This document shows, one piece after another, positions 12,241 to 26,049 of a DNA stretch of 64,000 nt. Under the pieces are notes generated by a model. That model did not search any database, had not been told where the DNA came from, and saw only the letters and a list, made by a program, of their open reading frames with translations. Source of the DNA: Octopus bimaculoides (lineage: Eukaryota); the NCBI RefSeq assembly GCF_001194135.2, contig NC_068985.1:107509065-107573064 (forward strand), given 5' to 3'. Positions within the stretch are counted from its first letter, which is position 1, and each line of letters begins with the position of its first letter. The position numbers and the translations under genes are program-made.

Positions 12241-12520
12241 CAGTTCTATATTTAAGAGATGAGGAATTATGTACATTATTTACATTATTTACATTTGATG
12301 GATATTTGTCCTCATCTTGTTTGTTGTTAACACAACGTTTCGGCTGATATACCCTCCAGCCTTCATCAGGTATCTTGGGGGAAATTTCAAACCTGGGTTC
12401 TCATTCCTAGGGTATTTTTCGATGTTGTTGTTATTATTATCATTCAGGTCGCTGCTTGGAATCGAACTCGGAATCTTGGGGTTAGTAGCCCGCGCTCTTA
12501 ACCACTACGCCATATGCCCG
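12241..12520 (-). mobile_element. tRNA-derived SINE with hammerhead-bearing 3' region
   Basis: Head has A box TGGCGTAGTGG and B box GAGTTCGATTCC. The 3' part contains GATAC-CTGATGA-A-GGCTG..CAGCC-GAAA-CGTT-GTGTT and a (GTAAATAAT)n-like tail. Confidence 0.8.
12329..12374 (-). ncRNA. Minimal type I hammerhead ribozyme motif inside the SINE
   Basis: Intact CUGAUGA and GAAA cores, 5-bp stem II, stem I GAUAC/GUGUU (with G-U pairs), palindromic ACGU stem III, GUU triplet. Confidence 0.65.
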
Positions 12521-13170
12521 TGTACCTTTGTTACATATTAAACCCGGCCATCTCCCAGAAGGGACTTGTGATTTGTTTTCCTACTTACTATGTATGTGCA
12601 TATATACATGTACGTGCATGTAAGTGTGTAGGTATATTTATCTATTTATTTGTATGTATGTGTGTGTATAACTGTATATACATGCGTATATGTGTACGTG
12701 TTTATTTCCCACTTGCTTTTTCATTTTATTATATTTGTCTGCTTCAAATAAACCTGTGTTGTTAGCATTGCAAACGTCATCAATTTTATTTACAATCACC
12801 ACTTTCATCTTATCGCATTATTCTAGTGAGGGCAAACAACATTGTACCTTCCCCTCCTTCTTCTCCCTTTTCTTTCTCCATTTCTCTCCTTCTACTTCTC
12901 CCTCTGCTTCCTTCCCTTATTCTGGTCCCTATAACAACTTCATTAATATAAGCTTAGGAATATTTTCCACCATTCACTCTTCCAGCTGTAACCATGTTGG
13001 TTGAGTCATCTTACACTATTGTTCTATTTTGTGAGCAGTTCTAAGTGTTAAATTTTCTCTTTTTTCACTTGAAGGAAACGGTTTTTTCACATTATATAAC
13101 ACTTTTGTTCATCAATAAAGAACACATCAGAAACAGCTGTAATGAACCACAACGTATTTGTGTTATTACT

Positions 13171-13557
13171 CTTTTACTCTTTTACTTGTTTCAGTCATTT
13201 GACTGTGGCCATGCTGGAGCACTGCCTTTAGTCGAGCAAATCGACCCCAGGACTTATTCTTTGGAAGCCTAGTACTTATTCTATCAGTCTCTTTTGCCAA
13301 ACCGCTAAGTTACGGGGACGTAAACACACCACCATCGGTTGTCAAGCGATGTTGGGGGCACAAACACAGACACACAAACACACATACATATATATATATA
13401 CATATATACGACAGGCTTCTTTCAGTTTCCGTCTACCAAATCCACTCACAAGGCTTTGGTCGGCCCGAGGCTATAGTAGAAGACACTTGCCCGAGGTGCC
13501 ATGCAGTGGGACTGAACCCGGGACCATGTGGTTGGTAAACAAGCTACTTACCACACA
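13171..13557 (-). mobile_element. SINE family A
   Basis: Near full length. The head is cut at the perfect palindrome 13558-13636. Confidence 0.85.
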
Positions 13558-13636
13558 CAATTTAAATAAGAGCTAAAAGATGATCCATTGTAAAAAGTTT
13601 TTACAATGGATCATCTTTTAGCTCTTATTTAAATTG
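13558..13636. repeat. Perfect palindrome, 39-bp arms, 1-nt spacer
   Basis: caatttaaataagagctaaaagatgatccattgtaaaaa-g-reverse complement. Confidence 0.95.
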
Positions 13637-14799
13637 ATATACATACAAAAACTCACATGTGAAAATTTTGCTACGTTGATAACAGATACAATATTTTTAC
13701 CAAATTTTGGTACATACAAGTATGTATGTATGAATATATAATACATATATATGTATGCATTCATGCATGCATGTGTGTGTGTCTATGTGGATGTAGTATG
13801 TGGCTTAGAGGTTAGGGTGTTGCACTCATGGTCGTAAAAGTGTGGTTCCCATTCCTGGACCCGGTGATGTGTTGTGTTCTTGTGCAAAATACTTCATTTC
13901 ATGTTACTCCAGTCCAATCTCTTGGTAAAAGCAAATAATCCTATGACAGACCAGCATCCTGTCCAAGGTTGAATACATTCACCACAGAATCCAGGAAACC
14001 AACCTTATGAGCTTACAGCTCAGGAAGGACCTTTGATTCTGTTTTTGATGTATGTAGGGAAAAATACAATGGATAGTTTTGACAAAAATGTATAGAACAT
14101 GCTAGTTAGACCATGATATCAGCTGCAGCTAATTACTGTAAAAGAAATTGCAACTGTATGAACAAACAATTTAGTAAAATGCAAATTATCAATGTTAGTA
14201 GAACCAATATCAAACTAATCAATCACTGTTTCTTATTTCGGTAAACAAGATGGTTATTGGAATTGTTTCACTCATACGTAATGATATTGACTGATTGTTA
14301 GCCCTCACCATCCATCATTACCACCACTGTTGCTGCCACCACGACCATCACCACCACCACGACGATGACAACGACGACCACGACGACCACCACCAACACC
14401 ACCAATAACATCACTACCTTTCCTTCCCACTATTACTAAACACATACACACACACAGACATGTCTATGGATATATGATGTATATATGTATGCATGCATGT
14501 GTGTATATATGTATAGACACACACACACACACATACATTGAGTCTCGTTTTGTCTTACATGATACAAGTTATCATTGTTCAGCCTCAAGTTATCTTGGAT
14601 GGATTATACCTATAATCAAAGATGTTCAACTGTCTCTTCCTACCTCTCTCCCCTCTTTCTTCCCCTCTCTCTCTCCCCTCTTTCTTCCCCTCTTTTTTCC
14701 CCTCTCCTCTCTCTATGACATATATATGTATGGACTCTCACATTGCTTTGACAACTGAGGGTTCAACGAAAAATAAATCCCCTATGATTGCCTATGTGC

Positions 14800-15060
14800 T
14801 GAGTGAAATTTTTTTTTCCCACTAATGAACTTACTTGCATACAGCCAATCAGAGCTCACCTTGACCTTGTTGTACACAGACAACTATGCAGAGGCAGCCA
14901 TGTGGATAACAGAGGATCAGATCCGTTCAGCTCTCAGATTATACCTAGACACAAAGCCCAACATAACATTCGTAAATGTGTTAAAAACATCCAATCTCTT
15001 GGTAAAACACACTCTGCCAAGTAAACTCAAGATGAAGAATGATGTTGTAAGTCAACCAAT
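14800..15060 (+). mobile_element. Highly decayed RTE LINE 3' fragment
   Basis: Weak similarity to the CTQ-Cys region seen at 7500-7570 and to the downstream ORF2 tail. Confidence 0.35.
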
Positions 15061-15480
15061 CGCCAAGTAATGCCTTATTTTAGAAGGAGACATGATTTAT
15101 TACTGGTGTCCAGAACTCTCGTTTGGAAAAAAAATTTCGTGTGTGCAGAGTCAAAGCTGAACATTTCCTGTAGCATCCTCTACCTGTTCCTTTCACCTCT
15201 TTCCTGCTCCCACAGGATTTAAGAAGCAAATCTGATGGTATTAGTACCAGTGTTGTTGTTTGCTGAACAATCTGCATGAGGAATATTCTTTTCTACTCTA
15301 GGCACAAGGCCTGAAATTTTGGGGGAGGGAGGGCAGTCGATTAGATTGACCCCAGTATGCAACTGGTACTTAATTCATCACCTCGAAAGTATGAAAGGCC
15401 AAAGCCGACCTCGGCAGAATTTGAACTCAGAATGTAAAGACATGAAAATCTGCATGATGAATATTGTTATAGTAAGCATG

Positions 15481-15520
<40 letters not shown>

Positions 15521-15543
15521 CATTAAATTGCATCTGGTGGTGA

Positions 15544-16426
15544 GGCTTCAGTTCATGAGTCCTGGATTGTGGGGGAGTGTAGAGTCACTCTTTAGTTGTC
15601 ATTGCTCACAAGTCAGTTCTGATCCATAATGGACCTGTCAGAGTCCAATCTATGGCTAAATAAATTTCTTAAAGGCAGCAGAGTCACCCAATATTTTTGA
15701 CAAGGCTGTGGGGAAGGTAGTTCTTCTACAGGAAAAATATTCAGACATAAAACTTGCAGCCAAAATAGTATCTGTCATCTTGCAATGCTCGTCACTGAAA
15801 CCTACTATGGCAACTGGGAGAGTGGCAAAAGTGTTGTACAAGCTTTTGTCACTTAAATCCAATGAGGTACAGATGTTGTACTATCATACACACATACATT
15901 GTTGGGAAGCTGTCATAGGACAAACCAAAGAAAGAGGTTTCTAAGTAGTCACATGGCCTACTAGAAACCACAGCCAAATCTCTCCTTAATCATATCCCAC
16001 TGTCAAGGAAGTGCACATGGGTGAATGCAGTTCAAAGCCTAAGTTTGATTATAAGATGGGATTGTCATCACTGAATGCTATTGTTAATAAATAGGTCAGT
16101 TTAATCTAGGATGACTAGAGACCATACAATAACAGCTTTTGTAATTTACAATAACATCTTTAGTAATTGTTTATCATAGTGGTGTAGCATAAGAGGTGCT
16201 GAAAATATTAAGTCAGGCTCAGTTCGTGAGCCCTGGACTTGTGGGGGAGTGTAGAGTCATTCTTTAGTTGCCATTACTCACAAGTTGGTTCTGATCCATA
16301 ATAGACCTGACAGGGTCCAATCTATGGCTAAATAAATTTCCTAAAGGTAGCAGAGGTACCCAATATTTTTGACAAAGCCGTGGGGAAGGTAGCTCTTCTT
16401 CAGGAAAAATATTCTAACATAAAACT
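15544..16426 (+). repeat. ~211-bp diverged direct duplication (15544-15754 and 16216-16426)
   Basis: Colinear with scattered substitutions, offset 672 bp. Confidence 0.85.
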
Positions 16427-16665
16427 ACCCACCCTGTCAGGCTCAGAGTGGGTAGTTACTTTGATTGCAGTGAGGTGTCATGCAGGAATCTGTCTACAAT
16501 AGCTGCCAGTGTGGCTGTATGGTAAGCAGCTTGCTTCCCAACCATATGGTTTCAGGCTCAATCTCACTGTGTGGCACATTGGGCATGTGTTTTCTACTTA
16601 TAGCCTTGGGCTGTGACCAAAGCCTTGTGAATGGATTTGGTAGATGGAAACTGACAAAAAGCCTG

Positions 16666-16704
<39 letters not shown>

Positions 16705-18203
16705 CGTGCACGTGCACGTGTGTGATGTCCTATAACTGTCTGTCTATCTACTTTTGTAGGGTTTTTCCTATTGCTGTCACACATCGTGAGATTTTAAAAT
16801 CACATCAAAATTTTCAAATTTGGTATATTGAAATAATTTTCTATGTTATATCCGATTTTGTTATTTATTTGTTCTAGAAAAATTGCAGAAAAGTGTTACT
16901 GGGGTTTAAAGTTTAATCAATCTTGCCTAATCAGAAAACAAGATTTGGAAGCTGTCATTTTCTGCATGATAGCTGTCTATCACAAAATGGAAGCAAAATC
17001 AATACGAGGAGGAATTTTTATTAAACAAACAAAAGCAAAGCATTACGATGACCAAAGTCATAAGAACTTCTGAAGTTTTAATGAATAAAATCATGTGAAA
17101 CGGTCGAACAGACATGCAAATAATTCAAAAAGGAAAAAAATCCTCAACGAAGTCTTTTTGCGAAAAATTGCACAAATCTGTCCTGATCAAGAGGCCTATC
17201 TGTTGGGGAAGGTATGGTCTGACATGGAAGAAACAAAACTTTATATAAGATATTCTATTGTAAAAATTGCCCAGCAATGATGGGCTATTCAGCTAGTGTA
17301 TACATATATGTATATATGAAACATGTGGATGAGTTTTTCTGATATGTCTATATACACAAACTTTGCTTACATCTCATATTCTTTCCTTTCTTTATTGTTT
17401 ATAAAGTTGTTATAATACATATACTGACCCTATTATCCTTACTCTGGCATACATTATATATAAGGTTTTAAGAAATAATTGTCCCTATCTTGTCCACAAG
17501 ATCTAGACAGCAACCTCTAAAAAAATATAAGAAATTCAGACAAAGTCTACACTTCATGTACCACACCACTTCAGGGTAGAGCTTACAATCTCATCTCAAA
17601 TTGACTGAAATGTGGATACTAAATGGAAAACTTGTGAGCTGCTTCTTAAAAAATTGATTAGTTACCTTTGTTCCACAGGTTAGCTCAAACAGTTACCTAT
17701 CAATAATACTCAGGTTGTTGATATCTACAAATATATCACTCTCACAAAAGCTAAAATATTTCACTTCAGTATTTTCTTTTATAAATCACTCTTTTGCTGT
17801 ATCTATATAACATCTTTACGTTGTTATTATATCTGGTCTCTCAATACAGAATACCAGCTTCTCCATTGTTAAAAGACCTTTCCAATCTTACCATTAAAAC
17901 ATTGCTATGTATACATAACTGTGCTACTGTGCTGTGTCTATATCACTCTCACTAATTCTTAAACATCTCTACTCGGTTACTAGATCCACCCTCTTAATAA
18001 ATAACACTAGCTTCTCCAATATATTGTCTTGCCAATAGACATTAAAATAACACAGTAGTCCAGTTGTAACTAATAGCTAGCAAACATTTGTTTAAATGTT
18101 ATCTGATATCTTGAAAAATTGGTTAACTATCAGATTATCTTACACCTAATTCAGTGATAGTTTTATTATTCTACCAGATAAATGACAGTGGACAAATATC
18201 ATT

Positions 18204-18258
<55 letters not shown>

Positions 18259-18259
18259 C

Positions 18260-18313
<54 letters not shown>

Positions 18314-19458
18314 TGTATGTAATGTATGTATGCATGTATGTGTGTATGTATTATATATGTATGTGTGTGTATGTATGTATATATATATATATATCATCAT
18401 CATCATCATCATCGTTTAACGTCCGCTTTCCATGCTAGCATGGGTTGGACGATTTGACTGAGGNNNNNNNNNNNNNNNNNNNNNNNNNNNNNNNNNNNNN
18501 NNNNNNNNNNNNNNNNNNNNNNNNNNNNNNNNNNNNNNNNNNNNNNNNNNNNNNNNNNNNNNNNNNNNNNNNNNNNNNNNNNNNNNNNNNNNNNNNNNNN
18601 NNNNNNNNNNNNNNNNNNNNNNNNNNNNNNNNNNNNNNNNNNNNNNNNNNNNNNNNNNNNNNNNNNNNNNNNNNNNNNNNNNNNNNNNNNNNNNNNNNNN
18701 NNNNNNNNNNNNNNNNNNNNNNNNNNNNNNNNNNNNNNNNNNNNNNNNNNNNNNNNNNNNNNNNNNNNNNNNNNNNNNNNNNNNNNNNNNNNNNNNNNNN
18801 NNNNNNNNNNNNNNNNNNNNNNNNNNNNNNNNNNNNNNNNNNNNNNNNNNNNNNNNNNNNNNNNNNNNNNNNNNNNNNNNNNNNNNNNNNNNNNNNNNNN
18901 NNNNNNNNNNNNNNNNNNNNNNNNNNNNNNNNNNNNNNNNNNNNNNNNNNNNNNNNNNNNNNNNNNNNNNNNNNNNNNNNNNNNNNNNNNNNNNNNNNNN
19001 NNNNNNNNNNNNNNNNNNNNNNNNNNNNNNNNNNNNNNNNNNNNNNNNNNNNNNNNNNNNNNNNNNNNNNNNNNNNNNNNNNNNNNNNNNNNNNNNNNNN
19101 NNNNNNNNNNNNNNNNNNNNNNNNNNNNNNNNNNNNNNNNNNNNNNNNNNNNNNNNNNNNNNNNNNNNNNNNNNNNNNNNNNNNNNNNNNNNNNNNNNNN
19201 NNNNNNNNNNNNNNNNNNNNNNNNNNNNNNNNNNNNNNNNNNNNNNNNNNNNNNNNNNNNNNNNNNNNNNNNNNNNNNNNNNNNNNNNNNNNNNNNNNNN
19301 NNNNNNNNNNNNNNNNNNNNNNNNNNNNNNNNNNNNNNNNNNNNNNNATCGACTACCTCTAGGACTAATTTGATAAGTGCTAATGCACAAAACTCTTGGC
19401 CCTTGAGTCACTCTGTTGCTTCTGCAAAATAATAATAACAATAACACACACACATATA

Positions 19459-19490
<32 letters not shown>

Positions 19491-20169
19491 GCTCCCACTA
19501 TTTCCCACTTGTTTATCTCCCTTGCACCTTTCTCTTTGTCTCTAATTTTTTTCTAATCCTTCAATCCCACTGTCCCCTACTCATCTCTCCTCCTTCCACG
19601 TGACCGGTGTCCAGCCAGCCATGATCTTTCTTTCTTGGCCTGACTGCCGACCAGCCATAATAACCATGTCAAAACGGAGTGCAGAGCTCAGTGCAGTCCT
19701 ATGGCTTGCCAGCTCCAGTCAAATCTTCCAACACATTCCAGCTTGGAAGATAGATATCAAATGATGATGATGATGATGATGGTGATATATATATGTGTGT
19801 GTATGTGTGTGTGAGCGTGCGTGCAGATATACACATGTATGTTTTGGTAAAACGTTAGTTGTGACATTTAATACTGAAATAAATTTGTATAATTTGGAAG
19901 AGACTCTGGAATTGGATAGCAATTTAGACACAGCTGATGTCACTACAGATTTAAACGATAATGTCTGTGTGAATAGAAATAAAGTATCAAATTAAATAAA
20001 CAAATAAGTGAATAAACAAGCAAATAAATGAATAAATAAATGACCTCTCTACCCACTGAAGCCCCTGCAAATGAAGCAAGGATCAAGAAAGGATCAGGCT
20101 ACAGTGATGTGACGTAAGGGCTGGAGATTTTACAAATACAAAATTATCACCTCCAAACATGACCATATC

Positions 20170-20660
20170 AAGCCACTACTATTACTGCCGCCACCACCAC
20201 CACCACAACAACAACAACCACCACCACCACTGTCACAATCACCACTTCCACTGCCACTGCCACAAATGCTACCACCACCATCACCACAAGTACTACCATT
20301 GCTACCACTGCCACCACAACCACCGCTATCATCAAAACCAGTGCCAGCACCACCACCATAACCAACACCACTACAACCTCCTCCTCCCTCTCACCCTCTA
20401 CCACCAACACCAACACCACCACCACCACTACCACTGTCGCACTAAGAACGAAAGAACAGCAAAAACAACTGCATTAGCAATAGCCATAATAACAGCACTT
20501 CAACACTATCTTCATTTACAGAGACACGCCCAGAACACCACCATGACTACCACCACTGCTAATACACTAACATATTGACACTGATATACAACAACTGCAC
20601 CAACAACCTAACCCACCACCACCACCACCACCACCACAACAACAACAACAAAAGCAGTAA
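20170..20660 (+). repeat. (CAC/CAA)n low-complexity tract
   Basis: Direct inspection. A similar (GGT/CAT)n tract lies at 28150-28430. Confidence 0.85.
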
Positions 20661-21446
20661 CAAACACAACAAGAGCTCATATCTCAAATGGTCTATATAA
20701 AGACATGTCTTTTCTGTCCAACCATCAAATGCAGTGAAGTCTTACATCAACAGACTGTCTGGCAATATTTCATGACAGCAACTAAGCAATTCAGCATCTT
20801 TAGTTTCTCTACAATCTTCTAGAAAGTTCTCTGAATCTATTACCTCATTAATTACCTGTAAAAAATCTCTTGAAATAGTGTTACCTAGAAATTCTATATG
20901 AACGTCTCGGTCTTGTAGTTATAGCTGAATGTCAGCATTTCCATTGGTTGAATAGGACACCACATGATGATAACTGACATCTCTCAATCATTTCATTGGC
21001 TGATTTTTTTGCAAGCAAGACTTGGCATGTGATTTTGGTGATAATGTAATTGTTGTCATCTACTCCATGTCAGCCCTGATTTAGTAGTATAATGTAAGAG
21101 ATCCAAACAGGACTATCCCATCATTTATTCAGATATAGTGTACCTAAGACTACATCATCCAATGTGTGCTTCTTTCTTTTAAATATAGTATGGTGTAAGA
21201 TCATCATCATCATCATCATCGTCGTTTAACGTCCGCTTTCAATGCTAGCATGGGTTGGACGATTTGACTGAGGACTGGTGAAACCGGATGGCAACACCAG
21301 GCTCCAATCCAATTTGGCAGAGTTTCTACAGCTGGATGCCCTTCCTAACGCCAACCACTCAGAGAGTGTAGTGGGTGCTTTTACGTGTCACCCGCACGAA
21401 AACGGCCACGCTTGAAATGGTGTCTTTTATGTGCCACCCGCAGATA

Positions 21447-21592
21447 CAGAAATAAATTTATTTCTCAAACGCGTGATAATGTTATAAATAGCATGATCAG
21501 GCTAAATTATCCATTTATTGCAGAAAAATACGTTACCGGCCAGCACGCTATTTATAGCATTATCATGTGTTTGAGAAATAAATTTATTTCTG
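21447..21592. mobile_element. Small foldback MITE (TA-CAG...CTG-TA)
   Basis: Inverted arms of about 50 bp (acagaaataaatttatttctcaaac...), abutting a truncated SINE. Confidence 0.7.
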
Positions 21593-22239
21593 TATTTTAC
21601 AATACATCTCAACGCTTCTGAAAAAAAAAAAAAAAGAAAAAAAGCTTTGTTTACTTTCATTGTAAATTTGAATTTATAGTATGGTGTGATTTGAGGAAGA
21701 CTCACTTGTTGTTTCTATCATGTTAATACAGAAGTGTGAAACTTTTCACTGACTTTCAAATCTGAAACTGTTCACATAGTAAGTCTTTAAAGCTATAAAA
21801 ACCTATAAGAAAAAAATGGTTGAAACCTTAAGACCAAACTGTAATTTGAGTTATATACTTATAAATTTGCATAATTTAAGAATTTATAACCGATAGCTTT
21901 CCTCGTGATACAAGCCGAATGTTTAACCCTTTAGCATTCAGATTACTGTGTCAAATGCAAAGCTTATTTATTCACATTGTTTTGTATTAATCATATATTA
22001 TCCTGTTGCTTCAAGATTTCAATACCCTGATTGCTTATTTTTAGTATAACATTATAGGGTAGGTGTGAGAGGCTGTATCTGGTCAGTTTGAACTTAAAAG
22101 GTAGACTATTTCAGCTGGATATGGTCTGTTTAAATGTTAAAAGATTAAGTTCTAAAGCTAAGATCATTGGTAAACAACAACATTACTATATTTGGTAATG
22201 GTGACTGAAGATGATTGCTGTTGGTAAACAGAATTACTT

Positions 22240-22292
<53 letters not shown>

Positions 22293-22299
22293 ATATATA

Positions 22300-22846
22300 T
22301 CTTTTACTCTTTTACTTGTTTCAGTCTTTTGACTGTGGCCATGCTGGAGTACCGCCTTTAGTCAAGCAAATCGACCCCAGGACTTATTCTTTACAAGCCT
22401 AGTACTTATTCTATCGGTCTATTTTGCCGAACCGCTAAGTTACGGGGACATAAACACACCAACATCGGTTGTCAAGCGATGTTGGGAGGACAGACACACA
22501 AACACATACATATATATNNNNNNNNNNNNNNNNNNNNNNNNNNNNNNNNNNNNNNNNNNNNNNNNNNNNNNNNNNNNNNNNNNNNNNNNNNNNNNNNNNN
22601 NNNNNNNNNNNNNNNNNNNNNNNNNNNNNNNNNNNNNNNNNNNNNNNNNNNNNNNNNNNNNNNNNNNNNNNNNNNNNNNNATATACATATATACGACGGG
22701 CTTCTTTCAGTTTCTGTCTACCAAATCCACTCACAAAGCTTTGGTCGGCCCGAGGCTATAGTAGAAGGCACTTGCCCAAGGTGCTACACAGTGGGACTAA
22801 ACCCGGGACCATGTGGTTGGTAAGCAAGCTACTTACCACACAGCCA
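22300..22846 (-). mobile_element. SINE family A spanning an N-gap
   Basis: Same consensus on both sides of the gap. Confidence 0.8.
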
Positions 22847-24007
22847 CTAACCAAACATCTCTGACATTAGCCTGTGGTGCATATGCTAGTCTAATTTAAA
22901 AGTCTAATTTTCATGTCAAAAATTGCTTCAGAATATTTAAGCCCAGAGATCCAATTTTCAGTGGAAATATTTTTCATATGACAGCTGGAATTGATGTACC
23001 TAGAGCAGGAATATCGGCAGAGTTTCAAACATCAACTCACAGCCTTGGATTGAACTTGAATTATTATGTTCAGATGCAAAAATAACTGTAAACACCAAAA
23101 GAGGATTTTGTCAGGGAATGATGCTGGATGCAAGTAGTAAACCATTCAAGTCCTTGATAGAAATATTGATTTCAAATTTTGGCACAAGGCCAGCAATTTT
23201 GAAGGAGGAAGTAAGTTGACTACATCAACTCCAGTGCTCAACTGGTACTTATTTCATCAGCCCCAAAAGGATGAAAGACAAAGTTAACCTCAATGGAATT
23301 TGAACTCAGACCATAAAGTTAGACAAAATGCTGCTAAGCATTTTGCCCGATGTGCTAATGATTCTGCCTGCCTGCCACTTTCACCGTGGCAAAAATATTA
23401 AGGACTGACTGGTGAAAATACAATAAATCTAGCAGATGCTTAACTCATTAGAATCCCATTGTGAATAATATATTGGAATGTCATTAATGATTTTGTTTTA
23501 GGTGCCCTGTATTTGACAGCCCATTAGGTATATGTAGATGGTTTGTTTGGTAACTGACCAGTGGCTGTGATACAGCTTAAAGTCAACTTGCAGCAGGAGC
23601 TTATGCCACTCAATTTTAGCTTATTATCCACTATCATTGTTGATGTACAGACCTCTCACAGACACACATAAACAGATTTACATCATGTAAAATATCTCTA
23701 TTCTTTCATTATTGCAACAAAAGTATTTCTTTTGTAAAAGATAAATTAAAATTTTTGTATTTGAATTTTTTTTTTTCTTCTCTCAACAAACCAAATATTT
23801 ATTTCAACATTATATGCCTCCAGCCAATATTTGATCAGACAATTTCATCTCTCAACTTCTGCACGAGGAAATTATTCTTGTCACAACTAACAATTATGTT
23901 TTAATATATAAAAAAACATTCCAGCCTTTATTTTTATTTCTTGATTCATACATAATGTATTTAACAATTGTATATATTATATAGTAGTATATATATTGTA
24001 TAGTAGT

Positions 24008-24330
24008 GAAGGCATGTGGCTTAGTGGTTAGGACATTCGGTTCATGATTGGGAGGTCATGAGTTTGATCCCCAGCTGCGCATTGTGTTCCTGAGCAAGAC
24101 ACTTTATTTCACATTTCTTCAGTCCACTCAGCTGGCAAAAATGAGTAGTACCTGTATTTCAAAGGACCAGCCTTGTTGCATTCTGTATCACACTGAATCT
24201 CCCTGAGAACTACAATAAGGGTACGCATGTCTGTGGAGTGCTCAGCCACTTGCACGTTAATTTCATAAGCAGGCTGTTCCATTGATCAGATCAACTGGCA
24301 CTCCATCAGTTATGATGGAGTACCAGTTCA
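24008..24330 (+). mobile_element. tRNA-derived SINE family D
   Basis: A box ggcttagtggttagg, and ttgagcaagacact...cactcagctg core. Related heads at 10637, 13797 and 43470. Confidence 0.7.
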
Positions 24331-25184
24331 GTTCATATTGTATAGTAAAATGTTTAGTGTTATCACTAAAATATGACTGATGATAATTTTCCTTTTGCTC
24401 ATGATCCTCCCACCTATTCTCCATCTCTCACTCTCCTCGTACATTCTTACAACCCCTACCCAACCTCATTCCCTGTTCTTTTGTCCCCATTCACTTCTAT
24501 TCATTTTCATGTACCTTGAGGGTCCACCCTGGCACTTCATCACCACTATTTTATCTCTCTTTACAATTCCACCTTGATTACCTCCACCAACTTTTCTATA
24601 AGGTAAGTAGCCATATAGCCCCTCTACAGGAAAAAAATCCTGTTCTGTCCTAACCCCTTCTTTCATACTTTAACCTCCGATTGTCTACCACAAAGCTATC
24701 TCTCTCTCTCTCTCTCTCCTGTAGCCCCACTCAGTCAAAGGAGTGGTTAGTTTTACAATTAACATGGTAACCTCACAAGTGCTGGTACCACAATAACCAC
24801 TTAGTATTCAAACCAGTTATATCCGGCCCAAATATTCTGTTTTTTACTTTTTTTTGTTTAAACTGGCCAGGTCTAGCCTCTTACATCTACCCTCCATTGC
24901 CATTCTAAAAATAAAATAATCATATCATTGAAATCTTAAAACAATGAGATAATTCACAATTAATTCAAAACAATGTGAATAAAATAAATATTATATTTGA
25001 CAGAATAATATGAATGCTAAAGGATTAAAGCATTCAGTACACTCTGTAAATAGGTTGGCATTAGAAAAGATATCCAGCTGTAGAAACTTTGCCAAAGTAG
25101 ACATTGAAGCATGATACCATCCTCAGACTTATTGGATCCTGTCAAACTGGTCAACCCATGTTAACAAAAAAGATGAACGTTAAG

Positions 25185-25218
<34 letters not shown>

Positions 25219-26049
25219 CGACGACAATGATGATATGACTTACACAACTTCACTTCTTATTCTCTGCTTCTATTAAGGTTACCTATGCATAATGTAGTCA
25301 CTGGTTTGTGCAGATTCTATTTAGTGAGATTTGGTTGCTGATATTAAAAAAGATTTTTGTCTACACAGAACTTTCTTGTTGGCTTGCTTCATACTTTAAC
25401 ATATCAGCAGTGTAACAGTGTGCAATAATGTATATCAGTGCAAATGTGTACGGGGAGAGAGGCAACGGTGACAGCATTATAGTCTAGCATAGAACCAATG
25501 GGAATACATTACATCAGCATTATAGTTTAATGGTGTAATAATGTAACAACTTAACATATTAATAATGTGTATGTGTGGGTGTGAAACCACTAAAATATTA
25601 GTGTGAGTGCGAGTGTGTATGTGGTTACTGCTTTAGCATATTGGTTTCAAATTCAGTATAAGGTCAGAAATTTGTAGAGAGGGGAGAAGTTGATTACATT
25701 GATCCAGTGCTCAACTGAGACTTATTTTATTGACCCTGAAAGGTTGAAAGGCAAAGTTGACCCCAGTGACATTTGAACTCAGAAACATAAGGTCAGAAGA
25801 AATACCACTAAGCATTTATTCTGGTGAAGCAACAAACTGCCTGAGTATATTGGCAGTATAACAGTGTGTCACAGTATAAATGTTAAATATATATATATAG
25901 AAAGATGTGGTAGTGTTGTAACTTAACATAGAACCTAAGAGACGACTGTGATAGTGGTACATTATATTTGTGTGATGATGTAAAAATTTTGGGTAATAGA
26001 ATGCATGTTATACTGCTAAGAGATGAACAACAAAGTATTTGGATTTATT

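Noticed and set aside
12445-12520. tRNA gene-like sequence
   Set aside because: The acceptor stem does not close. It is the head of a SINE.
18416-19498. Long ORFs containing X runs
   Set aside because: Artefacts of N gaps.
21502-21705. Strong-looking minus-strand acceptor and ORF
   Set aside because: The putative exon is the arm of a foldback MITE next to a poly-A run.
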